Shown in pieces: positions 1 to 7,800 of a stretch of 10,076 nt of DNA. Within the stretch, counting starts at the first letter, position 1; each line of letters begins with the position of its first letter. The notes beneath the pieces are model-generated. The model was not told where the DNA came from, made no database searches, and saw nothing but the letters and a program-made list of their open reading frames with translations. The position numbers were made by a program, and so were the translations under genes. The DNA is taken from positions 1 to 10,076 of the forward strand of contig JAEOTQ010000232.1 in NCBI GenBank assembly GCA_016839785.1, in the 5' to 3' direction. Origin of the DNA: Candidatus Hodarchaeota archaeon. GTDB taxonomy: Archaea; Asgardarchaeota; Heimdallarchaeia; Hodarchaeales; Hodarchaeaceae.

Positions 1-1
1 A

Positions 2-139
2 ACTTTCGCTGGTTTTTCTTTTTTGATTCCAATACTCCGAAATCAAGACCCTGAAACCATACACTGGTCAAGAAAACGAATTATGGCTCTATTGGGGGTT
101 TTTGTATTCGCTTCAATAATTACTTTCGTTGGAACATAA
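2..139 (+). CDS. C-terminal end of a probable membrane protein (partial, enters from the left edge)
   Basis: Not in the ORF track. Frame 2 is open from the edge to TAA at 137-139, followed directly by TGA. It reads TFAGFSFLIPILRNQDPETIHWSRKRIMALLGVFVFASIITFVGT: a basic patch (RKR) then a ~19-aa hydrophobic helix. It converges on the reductase stop with a 23-bp gap. Confidence 0.55.
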   Translation, partial: TFAGFSFLIPILRNQDPETIHWSRKRIMALLGVFVFASIITFVGT

Positions 140-162
140 TGAATTAGTCAAACATTCAAGTC

Positions 163-1512
163 TTAGCTTGAAGAATCACGAATAAGATTCATATTCTTGT
201 TAAACTGTGCATTCCAATGTGGAAAACCAGTTGGATTTTTTGGATATGATTGGAGTAATTTTTCAAAGAGGTAGATTTGTTTTTGGAGTTTGCGAAGTTT
301 AAATATTATACCATAATAGGGAAATGATCTCCAAACAATCCTGAGTTTTGACAAAATATTAATACTCTCTCCATCAACTATCTGTTTCATTAACTCTTCA
401 GTTAAAATTGATCGCTTCAACAAGAATTCTAAGCCCGTAATCTGTATTTTACGTAGCATCTCAAGTATTAATTGATATCTGATATGAATTCCCCCAAAAT
501 GTTTCAAAATATTATGATTATATTTCCATAATTGATCTTCAACGAAATTCCCCTTGTTAATTGCATCTGCAGCGGTTTTTCCTGCATAATAACCAGCAAC
601 TAAAGCTGGTCCGTGGCCTTCAGCTGAAAAAGGATTTGCGTGAAACGCAGCATCTCCTGCGACAATGAAACCAGAGGCGACAGCATTCATTAAGGGATAT
701 CGCATCGGTACTGTGTGGCCACCTCTCTCAAGTACCTCATAATCAGAATAATAATCCTCTAAAATATCCCATAAATGCTTTTTCATTCCTTTTTGGCTGT
801 TTATGTTCATTGGCCACCCAATACCAACGTTCAACATTCTTTTTCCCTTAGTGAATATCCAAAAATACCCCCCAATTGGAATATCCCTTCTAAACTCCAA
901 GAATAATTTTTTTTGAAACAAATGGTCTTCATTTACCCTAATTATTTCACGATAACTACCTGCAAAATCACTCTTATTAATTCTAGTTTCGATATTTGGA
1001 AAAAGATTCTGTGATAGGGTTTTTCTAATCTGGCAATTATGCCCACTTGAATCAATAGTTATTTTCGCTTTAATGAAATACTGACTCCCATTTTTTTCTT
1101 CAACGATGGCTCCTATTACACAATTCCCATCAACTTGAGCTTTAATACCTTTAGTTTCAACACGAACATTGACTCCCAAGTCAATAGCTTCTTTTAGTAG
1201 CCTTTGACCATAAAGAAAACGATCAACCATGAAACCCTGACCTTCAAAGGGTATATCTACCCCTGCTGCTCTTAAAACCATCGATTCGAAGGTATCAGAA
1301 ACCTCCGAACCATGAGGTTGGATAATACCCACTTCTTTCTCAAGAAAAGATGTAAATGATTTGAATAACCCATCACCACACACCTTTTTACCAATCTGGT
1401 CAAAGGATTTAGAATCAACTAGTAATACTTCTAAACCCATTTTAGCACAGGTAATTGCAGAAATAACCCCTGCAGGCCCAGCTCCAATGATTAAAACGTC
1501 AAGTTCATCCAT
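163..1512 (-). CDS. Geranylgeranyl reductase family FAD-dependent oxidoreductase (digeranylgeranylglycerophospholipid reductase-like)
   Basis: 449 aa. N-terminal Rossmann motif DVLIIGAGPAG, KVCGDG with the conserved active-site Cys, DR..Y...L...A...G segment, GYFWIF (YxWxF motif), NVGIG and the FAD-binding GDAA..ANP...EG motif. Confidence 0.9.
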   Translation of the reverse strand: MDELDVLIIGAGPAGVISAITCAKMGLEVLLVDSKSFDQIGKKVCGDGLFKSFTSFLEKEVGIIQPHGSEVSDTFESMVLRAAGVDIPFEGQGFMVDRFLYGQRLLKEAIDLGVNVRVETKGIKAQVDGNCVIGAIVEEKNGSQYFIKAKITIDSSGHNCQIRKTLSQNLFPNIETRINKSDFAGSYREIIRVNEDHLFQKKLFLEFRRDIPIGGYFWIFTKGKRMLNVGIGWPMNINSQKGMKKHLWDILEDYYSDYEVLERGGHTVPMRYPLMNAVASGFIVAGDAAFHANPFSAEGHGPALVAGYYAGKTAADAINKGNFVEDQLWKYNHNILKHFGGIHIRYQLILEMLRKIQITGLEFLLKRSILTEELMKQIVDGESINILSKLRIVWRSFPYYGIIFKLRKLQKQIYLFEKLLQSYPKNPTGFPHWNAQFNKNMNLIRDSSS

Positions 1513-1734
1513 TAAAAGCCCTCAATCAGCGATAGATCTCTTTAATATCAGTAAGTTTGAATAATTTGTTAATGAAATCTATACTACACCCAATTTCAAG
1601 AATTTTTCGGAACTGTTAGTTTGTTATACGACAGATTTCAGACGACGTCAAACGACACTTTTATGACAAATGAATAATGAGTATCATAGATCAGTTCTTA
1701 TGGATAAAATTGGTTGTTTTGGTTTGAAACTAGT

Positions 1735-1989
1735 TCACGTATCCATTATGACGCTATGATTCAATCCTTCATTCTTGGAGTATTTTTTCTTAAAACATTC
1801 AGAACAATAATAATAATCAGAAAAATCTGTGTGTATATAGCAGCACATAAGAAGGTATATCTTAGGACATTGTCGAAGATGGGCGCGTGTGAATTTTTCC
1901 CGTATGTCCTCTTTACAAAGTGGTTTACCACACGAGGAACATCTTTGTTTTGCTTTTCTATCAGGATGGTAATAGCATTTTTCTTTCAC
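1735..1989 (-). CDS. Small Cys-rich B-box-like zinc-finger protein
   Basis: 84 aa with CxxHP-x7-CxxCGKPLCxxD and a distal CxxC (9 Cys in total). GTG start with an SD-like GAGGA just upstream. TATA-like TTTTATATAA on the minus strand at about 2056-2065. Confidence 0.75.
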   Translation of the reverse strand: MKEKCYYHPDRKAKQRCSSCGKPLCKEDIREKFTRAHLRQCPKIYLLMCCYIHTDFSDYYYCSECFKKKYSKNEGLNHSVIMDT

Positions 1990-2055
1990 ATTTTTCCTCT
2001 CACAACTCTATCCAGAACAAGAATGACTTTTCCATCTCCAATTGTATCATTCTAG

Positions 2056-2065
2056 TTATATAAAA
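2056..2065 (-). promoter_or_regulatory. Putative TATA box for the B-box-like gene
   Basis: TTTTATATAA on the minus strand about 66 nt upstream of the GTG at 1989, in the divergent intergenic region. It matches the archaeal TTTAWA-type consensus, but the background is AT-rich. Confidence 0.35.
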
Positions 2066-2150
2066 AATGTATGATCTCTAGCATTAAGAAATTGAAAGTT
2101 TCATTAATTCCATCCAAATAGACTTAGAATGAGACTTAATCACCTTAAAC

Positions 2151-2159
2151 CTTATAAAA
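2151..2159 (+). promoter_or_regulatory. Putative TATA box for the DRG GTPase gene
   Basis: CTTATAAAA about 55 nt upstream of the ATG at 2215. Confidence 0.35.
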
Positions 2160-2214
2160 TTATCAATGCGTAAATTTAATCAAAAATTCCTTTTCAAACT
2201 AAGCTGATTTCCTG

Positions 2215-3333
2215 ATGTCTGAAAAAATCGAAGAACGTATTGCCGAGAAAGAAGCTGAATTAGCGAAAATGCAATACAATAAAGCGACTGAGGCACACTT
2301 TGGGACTCTTAGAGCTCAAATTGCTCAACTTCGCTCTGAACTCGTTGAACGAGCGATGAAGTCGAAGAGAAAGGGATCAGGATTTTCAATTAAGAAGCAT
2401 GGTGACGCTACAGTCATTCTTCTTGGTTTTCCATCTGTAGGTAAGTCTACTTTACTTAATGCCATTACCAATAAGGATAGTAAGGTAGCTGCATATGATT
2501 TTACTACTCTTGACGCTATTCCTGGGATGATGGAATATGATGGTAAATTTAAAGGAGCTCGGATTCAAATCATTGATCTCCCTGGAATAATTGAAGGGGG
2601 TGCATCAGGAAAGGGTAGAGGACGAGAAGTCTTTGCTGCAGTCCGAAATGCCAACTTAATTGTTATTCTTCTTGATGTTCGTCGACCTGATCATCTTAAT
2701 AAGATTTTGGACGAACTTTGGAAAGCCAATATCCGTTTAGATCAATCTTCTTCAAGGATCAGAATTATTCGCCGGAATTATGGGGGGATAAACATTTCTG
2801 GTTTCAGATATGGTTTATCAGATGAGGAAATTGCGAATATTTTTCGTGCATATCGTATAATCAATGCGGATGTGTACCTTCCAAATGATCCTAATTTAAC
2901 TATAGATCAAATTATTGATGCAGTTGCTGATAATCGTCGTTATATTCCTTCGTTGATTGTTGTTAATAAGATGGATTTGGCTAATGAAGGAGAATTACAC
3001 CGTTTCGAGAAAAAGATAAACCGAAAGATTGTAGCTATTTCAGCTGAGTTAGGACAAGGTTTAGATTATCTGAAGGAGATCATTGTTGAGAAAGTTGGTC
3101 TCATGCGGATATATATGCGAAAGCCTGGAGAAAAAGCAGATCTGGATGAACCGATGATCGTTCCAACGAATTCCTCGGTTGAAGACATCTGTATAAAGCT
3201 TCATCGCCGTTTCAAAAATGAATTTCGTTTTGCTAATATTTGGGGAACTTCAGCAAAGTTTCCTGGGCAAAAAGTTGGTCTACGGCATGTTTTAGAAGAC
3301 GCTGATATTGTCAGAATTGTGTTGGAAAAATAA
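2215..3333 (+). CDS. drg: DRG/Rbg1 family ribosome-associated GTPase (OBG-HflX superfamily) with C-terminal TGS domain
   Basis: 372 aa. N-terminal YNKATEAHFG.LRA..A.LR helix typical of DRG, G1 GFPSVGKS, G2 YDFTT, G3 DLPGIIEGG..GKGRG, G4 NKMD, G5 ISA, and TGS tail WGTSAKFPGQKVGL.HVLED.DIV. Confidence 0.96.
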   Translation: MSEKIEERIAEKEAELAKMQYNKATEAHFGTLRAQIAQLRSELVERAMKSKRKGSGFSIKKHGDATVILLGFPSVGKSTLLNAITNKDSKVAAYDFTTLDAIPGMMEYDGKFKGARIQIIDLPGIIEGGASGKGRGREVFAAVRNANLIVILLDVRRPDHLNKILDELWKANIRLDQSSSRIRIIRRNYGGINISGFRYGLSDEEIANIFRAYRIINADVYLPNDPNLTIDQIIDAVADNRRYIPSLIVVNKMDLANEGELHRFEKKINRKIVAISAELGQGLDYLKEIIVEKVGLMRIYMRKPGEKADLDEPMIVPTNSSVEDICIKLHRRFKNEFRFANIWGTSAKFPGQKVGLRHVLEDADIVRIVLEK

Positions 3334-3424
3334 GCTAATCCCAGGTTGACTCAACAGTCGAATAGATAACTACTTTAGCTGTACCACAATCCAATTGAAG
3401 CCCAATACAAAATCCAAAACGACT

Positions 3425-3787
3425 TTATTCTGCTCGGGTTCCATTCGGTACACTTGATTCAGGAACTGCTAACACTGGAGTAATTTTATCAGAATATCCG
3501 ATATCAAAAACCATTCCCTCAGATATTTCTCCCATCATCTTCTTAGGTTTGAGATTAACTACAAAGAGTGCCTGTTGACCCTCAATCTCTTTGGGATTCT
3601 TACGTTCCTGCTTAATTCCAGCAAGAATAGTTCTAGTATGATCTCCAAAATCAACAAGGAGTTTAACAATTTTTTCAGATTTTGGGATATCTTCCACAGA
3701 TTTGATTTTACCGACACGAATATCAATTTTATTAAGTTCATCTAGACTAATTTCTGGTTTAATTGGTGCTGGATTAAATTGTTTCAT
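3425..3787 (-). CDS. Stand-alone tRNA-binding OB-fold protein (CsaA/Trbp111/MetRS C-terminal-like)
   Basis: Motifs KIDIRVGKI..VE....S.K...L.VDFG, RTILAG, VVNL.P.KMMG..SEGM and VPNG.R. The ORF track starts at 3811. ATG 3787 (MKQFNPAPIKPEIS) fits the domain size better and lies 25-30 nt downstream of TTAAA boxes, consistent with a leaderless mRNA. Confidence 0.9.
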   Translation of the reverse strand: MKQFNPAPIKPEISLDELNKIDIRVGKIKSVEDIPKSEKIVKLLVDFGDHTRTILAGIKQERKNPKEIEGQQALFVVNLKPKKMMGEISEGMVFDIGYSDKITPVLAVPESSVPNGTRAE

Positions 3788-3852
3788 ATTTAAAATCCGA
3801 ATAGATACCATTTAAGAATTTAATTGTCAATTTCTACTAGAGGAATATGAGA

Positions 3853-4680
3853 ATGAAATATGATATTGTTGGAGATCATATTATTTGGACAAACGTTGGT
3901 TTTGGGAATAGTGTTGCCATAGATTTAGGAGGAACTGTGTATATAGTGGATTCTATGACCAATTGGAAATTAGCTGCAGAATGGAGACATATTGTTGGGG
4001 AATATTTCAAGAAACCTATTGGTGGACTAATACTGACACATCATCATCCTGATCATGTTTTTGGTAATCAATCCTTTACTGATGTTCCAATTATTGCGAG
4101 TGTTGACATTAGAACCATGATGAATGGATTTAAAACTGAATATTGGGAAAATATTGATCTAGAAGAGCGAAATGAATGGGAAAATGAGGGGTATGGAATA
4201 AAAGAGTTTCAATTTACTTCTCCAACAATTTGTTTTAAAGATAAACTTCATCTCTATGGCCCCAAATCCTTAGAGCTAGTACAAGTTGATGGACACACAA
4301 GTGGAAGTACATATCTTTGGCAACCCGACAGTAAAACATTGATTGCTGGTGATCTAGTATTTAATAAAGAGGGCCCATATGGTGCAGATGAATCGTGTAA
4401 TATTCTGACTTGGCAGAAAGTAATAGAGAGTTTAATAGACCTTAAACCCGAAATTATTGTTAGTGGCCATGGACCAAGAGCAACGATTCAAGACCTTAAT
4501 GAAATTAATGATTTTTTTCTCAATTGTATTACTTTTATACGAAAGAAACTTACAGAGGGTATGACTCCCAAAGAAATAGAGGTTCATTCCGACTTTCCAG
4601 ATTATTATTACTCAGGCCGATCTGAAAGGAAAAAGAGGTCAATTAATCGATGGGTTAAATTCTTACAAGAGAATCCGTAA
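3853..4680 (+). CDS. MBL-fold metallo-hydrolase (cyclase/glyoxalase II-like, substrate unknown)
   Basis: Metal-binding motifs VDS, THHHPDH.FGN, GHT.G, AGDLVF and SGHG are all intact. The ORF track starts at 3847, but SD-like GAGGA at 3840-3844 is better spaced for ATG 3853. Confidence 0.9.
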   Translation: MKYDIVGDHIIWTNVGFGNSVAIDLGGTVYIVDSMTNWKLAAEWRHIVGEYFKKPIGGLILTHHHPDHVFGNQSFTDVPIIASVDIRTMMNGFKTEYWENIDLEERNEWENEGYGIKEFQFTSPTICFKDKLHLYGPKSLELVQVDGHTSGSTYLWQPDSKTLIAGDLVFNKEGPYGADESCNILTWQKVIESLIDLKPEIIVSGHGPRATIQDLNEINDFFLNCITFIRKKLTEGMTPKEIEVHSDFPDYYYSGRSERKKRSINRWVKFLQENP

Positions 4681-4705
4681 TATAATGGAAGACTGTAGAT
4701 AAATA

Positions 4706-5716
4706 TTAGAAATAGGTTGGTTTGAATTTTAATCCTAATTTGTGGTTATTTTCGACAATAGAAAAGTTTAATTCTTTCAGAAGATCCATTAACTCGTTAT
4801 TGGTACTTCTAACCGCAATTAACGAATTTTGATGAATGAGTCCACTTTCTTTGATCTTTGATAATGCAAAGAATACCATTGATCTTGCTAGATTTGTCTG
4901 ATAATCTGGATCAATTACTAGTTCAATTCTATGGGGATTTTTTCTCGATTTATCTAGTGTAACAAAAATTGTTCCAATAAGTTCTTCTTGGGAATAAATA
5001 AGCCAAGAATTAGCTTTTATCGAAAAAAGGCGAACCATGATTGGGCGTACCAAATTTTTCAGTTTTGAACTTTTATATCGCTTTTTATCAATAGGTAGAA
5101 AGTGTTGAACCTTTTCTGGAGTTTCTCTTACTTTTAAATCGTACCTTTGCATATTAGTTTCATTATCTCGTTTAAGTGGTGAAATATTAAATTCATCAGG
5201 GATCTCGGAATTAGGAATATCTGGCCAATTACTTGGTTCTAATTTCATTTCTGCAACACTATCGTAGTGAATAAATCCTAATTCACGATAGAGATTATAC
5301 GCGGGGGTATTATCTGCTATTACTTCCAATTTGCATATTTTACCCTTTTTATCCTTTACAAAAGCTATGGCATCAGTAACTAATTCTTTAGCTAGACCCC
5401 TTCTTCGATATTCTGGATGAGTAGCAACCATAGCTATTTCCCATTGGTTACCTAATGAACTGGTATTAACAGAGGCGATTATCTGTTTTTCCTTCGTTTC
5501 GAATACAAAACCGTTCATAGGATAACGAAATGTTCGAGAAAATAGGCTTAAAATTTTTAATAATGGAAGGATTCTCTTATACGTTAATAATTCGGCTCTT
5601 ATGTCCATTCCTCTAGCTTCGATTTCTTCAGCAAATACTAACTCAAGCAATGTCACTACTCCCTCGAAATCTCTCCGTAAGTGAAGTGGACGCTTTATTA
5701 GCTCTTCCGATACCAA
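4706..5716 (-). CDS. GNAT family N-acetyltransferase, probably tandem domains with a degenerate C-terminal copy
   Basis: Acetyl-CoA motif A VATHPEYRRRGLA and motif B L.V...N.PA..LY..LGF in the N-terminal half, with echoes LVIDPDYQTNLA and LLKELNF in the C-terminal half. The ORF track starts at 5761. An in-frame TTG at 5716 has GAGGAG just upstream and is the more likely start. Confidence 0.85.
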   Translation of the reverse strand: MVSEELIKRPLHLRRDFEGVVTLLELVFAEEIEARGMDIRAELLTYKRILPLLKILSLFSRTFRYPMNGFVFETKEKQIIASVNTSSLGNQWEIAMVATHPEYRRRGLAKELVTDAIAFVKDKKGKICKLEVIADNTPAYNLYRELGFIHYDSVAEMKLEPSNWPDIPNSEIPDEFNISPLKRDNETNMQRYDLKVRETPEKVQHFLPIDKKRYKSSKLKNLVRPIMVRLFSIKANSWLIYSQEELIGTIFVTLDKSRKNPHRIELVIDPDYQTNLARSMVFFALSKIKESGLIHQNSLIAVRSTNNELMDLLKELNFSIVENNHKLGLKFKPTYF

Positions 5717-5928
5717 GGTTACTCCTCTAATCTTAGCATGTAGTACGGTATAGGCACTCAAATCATTTTAGAGACCAAATTTTCAAAGAAAATAAAACTT
5801 ATAATCTTTAGTATAAAAAAAATTAATTCACATTTGGACCTACAGGCTTTTTTCTTCTCCAATCGAATTGTGTTTTCTAAAGAATGTTTAAAATATGAGA
5901 TCTTTGTGATGGTTCACGGCTGTATTTG

Positions 5929-7677
5929 ATGTTAAGTAACCCAGAAAATAAAATTTCTCAAAAAAAAGTGATAATTGTAATTTTTGCCTTTGGAGTTTTC
6001 TTTCTTGGTTATTTTCTCGCCCCTCCAACCATGAATGACGGTTATTATGAAGGAAACGTAACCTATCGACGAGATAATGCATCTATTGAAGTTGATTTTT
6101 TATTTATCTTGAATTCAAGCATTGATGTGCCAAAAAACCCTAAATCTACATCTAATTCATCTGATAATTATCAAATTGTTGTAAATTCGTTTGAATCATA
6201 TTCTGGTAAGATCGGAAATAAAATTATATTTATTGTAACCATTAATAATACACAAAATGTTACTGATGATTTTAGACTCAATAATTTTGTTGCTTCAATA
6301 TCAAAAGCGAATTTTAAAGAAAATTTTTCCCCCAAAGAATTCACAAACCAAGAATTCGTCTTTGAGTTTCAAATCATCAAATATTCAGATGTTACTCTAG
6401 GATTATTATTTACAGTTTCAATTTTATGGATGACTGAAATCATACCATTGTCAGCAAGCGCCCTTCTCATTCCCGTGGCCATTGTTATTTTCAATATTGA
6501 TACTGCTACTGGATCATTATCGTTGTTCTTTAGTCCTATTATAATTTTGTTTTTTGCAGGATTTCTTATGGCCGAAGCTATGAAACGTGTAAAATTAGAC
6601 ACTTTCTTGTCTGTGACAATTCTCTCTATCATTCCAGCAAATACTAAGCTTATTGTTTTTTCTATGATGATGCTTAGTGCAATTTTTTCAATGTTCATGT
6701 CAAATACTGCTGCTGTGGCCATCTTTATTCCCCTCAGTCTTAGTCTATTGGAGTATCTAGATAAGGAATATTTGAATTTTCGGAAAATGATGATATTGGG
6801 TATTGCATATGCATCAACTATTGGAGGGATAGGATCGCTGATAGGTACTCCCCCTAATTATATTGCTGTCGATTTATTACAAAAATCTAAAGGGATTACT
6901 ATTTCTTTCATTGAATGGTTTATCTTCGGGCTTCCAGTTTTGATCTTACTAATACCTATTACATTTCTCTACCTCTGGATTCGTCTGAAACCTTCGATAT
7001 CAAATGAAGCAATGAGAGTTGCCAAATTAAAGGGTATAAATAGGAAAAGGGAATTCAACACCTTAAGTAAAGATCAAATTGTGGTTTTACTTATTTTTGT
7101 CTTTGTGTTTTGTTTATGGTTGATGGAGCAATTCCATGGAATTCATGCTGGGATTATTGCAGTTACAGGAGTGATTCTTCTGTATTTCTCCGGATATTTA
7201 ATACAAGAAGATTTAACGAGAATCAACTGGAATGCATTATTAACATTCGGGGGTGGTTTAACTCTAGGAGCTATTATTCTTAAAACTGGTCTCGCAGACT
7301 GGCTAGCTTTACAATTAGGATTTCTTAAGGGTGTTCATCCATTTTTTATTCTGTTATTTCTGGGGCTACTAAGTCTGATTCTAACAGGAATTGCGAGTAA
7401 TACAGCATCAGCAAGTATTCTTGTTCCCATTGTTATTCCCTTAGGTATTACCTTAGGGATAGATCCAGTATTAACTGCACTTGTTGTCGCAATTGTAGCA
7501 AGTGTGGATTTCGCAATAATCATTGGTACTCCCCCAACGATGGTAGCTTATAGTACAGGATATTTTCAGGTCAAAGAGATATTCAAATTAGGAATAGTTC
7601 TTGATTTAATCGGTTTGATTGTAGTTACTTTACTAGGATGGTTCTTTTATCAAAATGTACTTTTCTTAGTTAAGTAA
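5929..7677 (+). CDS. DASS/SLC13 family Na+-coupled di-/tricarboxylate or sulfate transporter
   Basis: Highly hydrophobic. LW.TE.IP, LFFAGF.MA.A, two SNT motifs (MFMSNTAA, IASNTAS), AYASTIGG.GSLIGTPPN, I.W..L..FGGG..LG and GTPPT. The ORF track starts at TTG 5926, immediately followed by ATG 5929. Confidence 0.92.
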   Translation: MLSNPENKISQKKVIIVIFAFGVFFLGYFLAPPTMNDGYYEGNVTYRRDNASIEVDFLFILNSSIDVPKNPKSTSNSSDNYQIVVNSFESYSGKIGNKIIFIVTINNTQNVTDDFRLNNFVASISKANFKENFSPKEFTNQEFVFEFQIIKYSDVTLGLLFTVSILWMTEIIPLSASALLIPVAIVIFNIDTATGSLSLFFSPIIILFFAGFLMAEAMKRVKLDTFLSVTILSIIPANTKLIVFSMMMLSAIFSMFMSNTAAVAIFIPLSLSLLEYLDKEYLNFRKMMILGIAYASTIGGIGSLIGTPPNYIAVDLLQKSKGITISFIEWFIFGLPVLILLIPITFLYLWIRLKPSISNEAMRVAKLKGINRKREFNTLSKDQIVVLLIFVFVFCLWLMEQFHGIHAGIIAVTGVILLYFSGYLIQEDLTRINWNALLTFGGGLTLGAIILKTGLADWLALQLGFLKGVHPFFILLFLGLLSLILTGIASNTASASILVPIVIPLGITLGIDPVLTALVVAIVASVDFAIIIGTPPTMVAYSTGYFQVKEIFKLGIVLDLIGLIVVTLLGWFFYQNVLFLVK

Positions 7678-7789
7678 TCAAGACAGAATATTACTTCAAT
7701 GGTCTTCAGATTGTCTTTTATCCTGAATGTGGAGGATTGAAAATGGTAAATCAAGAAAAATTATAAATTTTTATCTCAGTGTGAATAAA

Positions 7790-7800
7790 TTCTTTCTTTT
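7790..7800 (+). terminator. Possible archaeal oligo-T terminator after the transporter
   Basis: TTCTTTCTTTT pyrimidine tract about 110 nt after the stop codon. Weak evidence in an AT-rich genome. Confidence 0.25.

Noticed and set aside
1361-1564. 67-aa + strand ORF
   Set aside because: Antisense shadow of the reductase 5' end, with no recognisable motif.
1684-1737. Possible selenocysteine readthrough of the zinc-finger gene's TGA stop
   Set aside because: The TGA is not in a Cys-like motif, the frame stops again after 16 codons, and I cannot identify a convincing SECIS.
1714-2055. 113-aa + strand ORF
   Set aside because: Fully overlaps the minus-strand zinc-finger ORF, which has a coherent Cys/His pattern and an SD-like sequence.
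2120-2154. Short AGACTTA/ACCTTA direct repeats upstream of drg
   Set aside because: Short, irregularly spaced and AT-rich. Not distinguishable from chance or the core promoter.
3345-3355. Palindrome GTTGA-C-TCAAC between convergent genes
   Set aside because: A 1-nt loop cannot form a hairpin, it is not in a promoter position, and it is a single short occurrence.
3559-3741. 60-aa minus-strand ORF
   Set aside because: Alternative frame inside the tRNA-binding protein gene.
5888-7523. Minus-strand ORFs 5888-6082, 6369-6722 and 7335-7523
   Set aside because: Antisense shadows of the well-supported DASS transporter.
7756-7772. AAAAATT-ATA-AATTTTT inverted repeat
   Set aside because: Pure A/T low complexity, expected by chance here.
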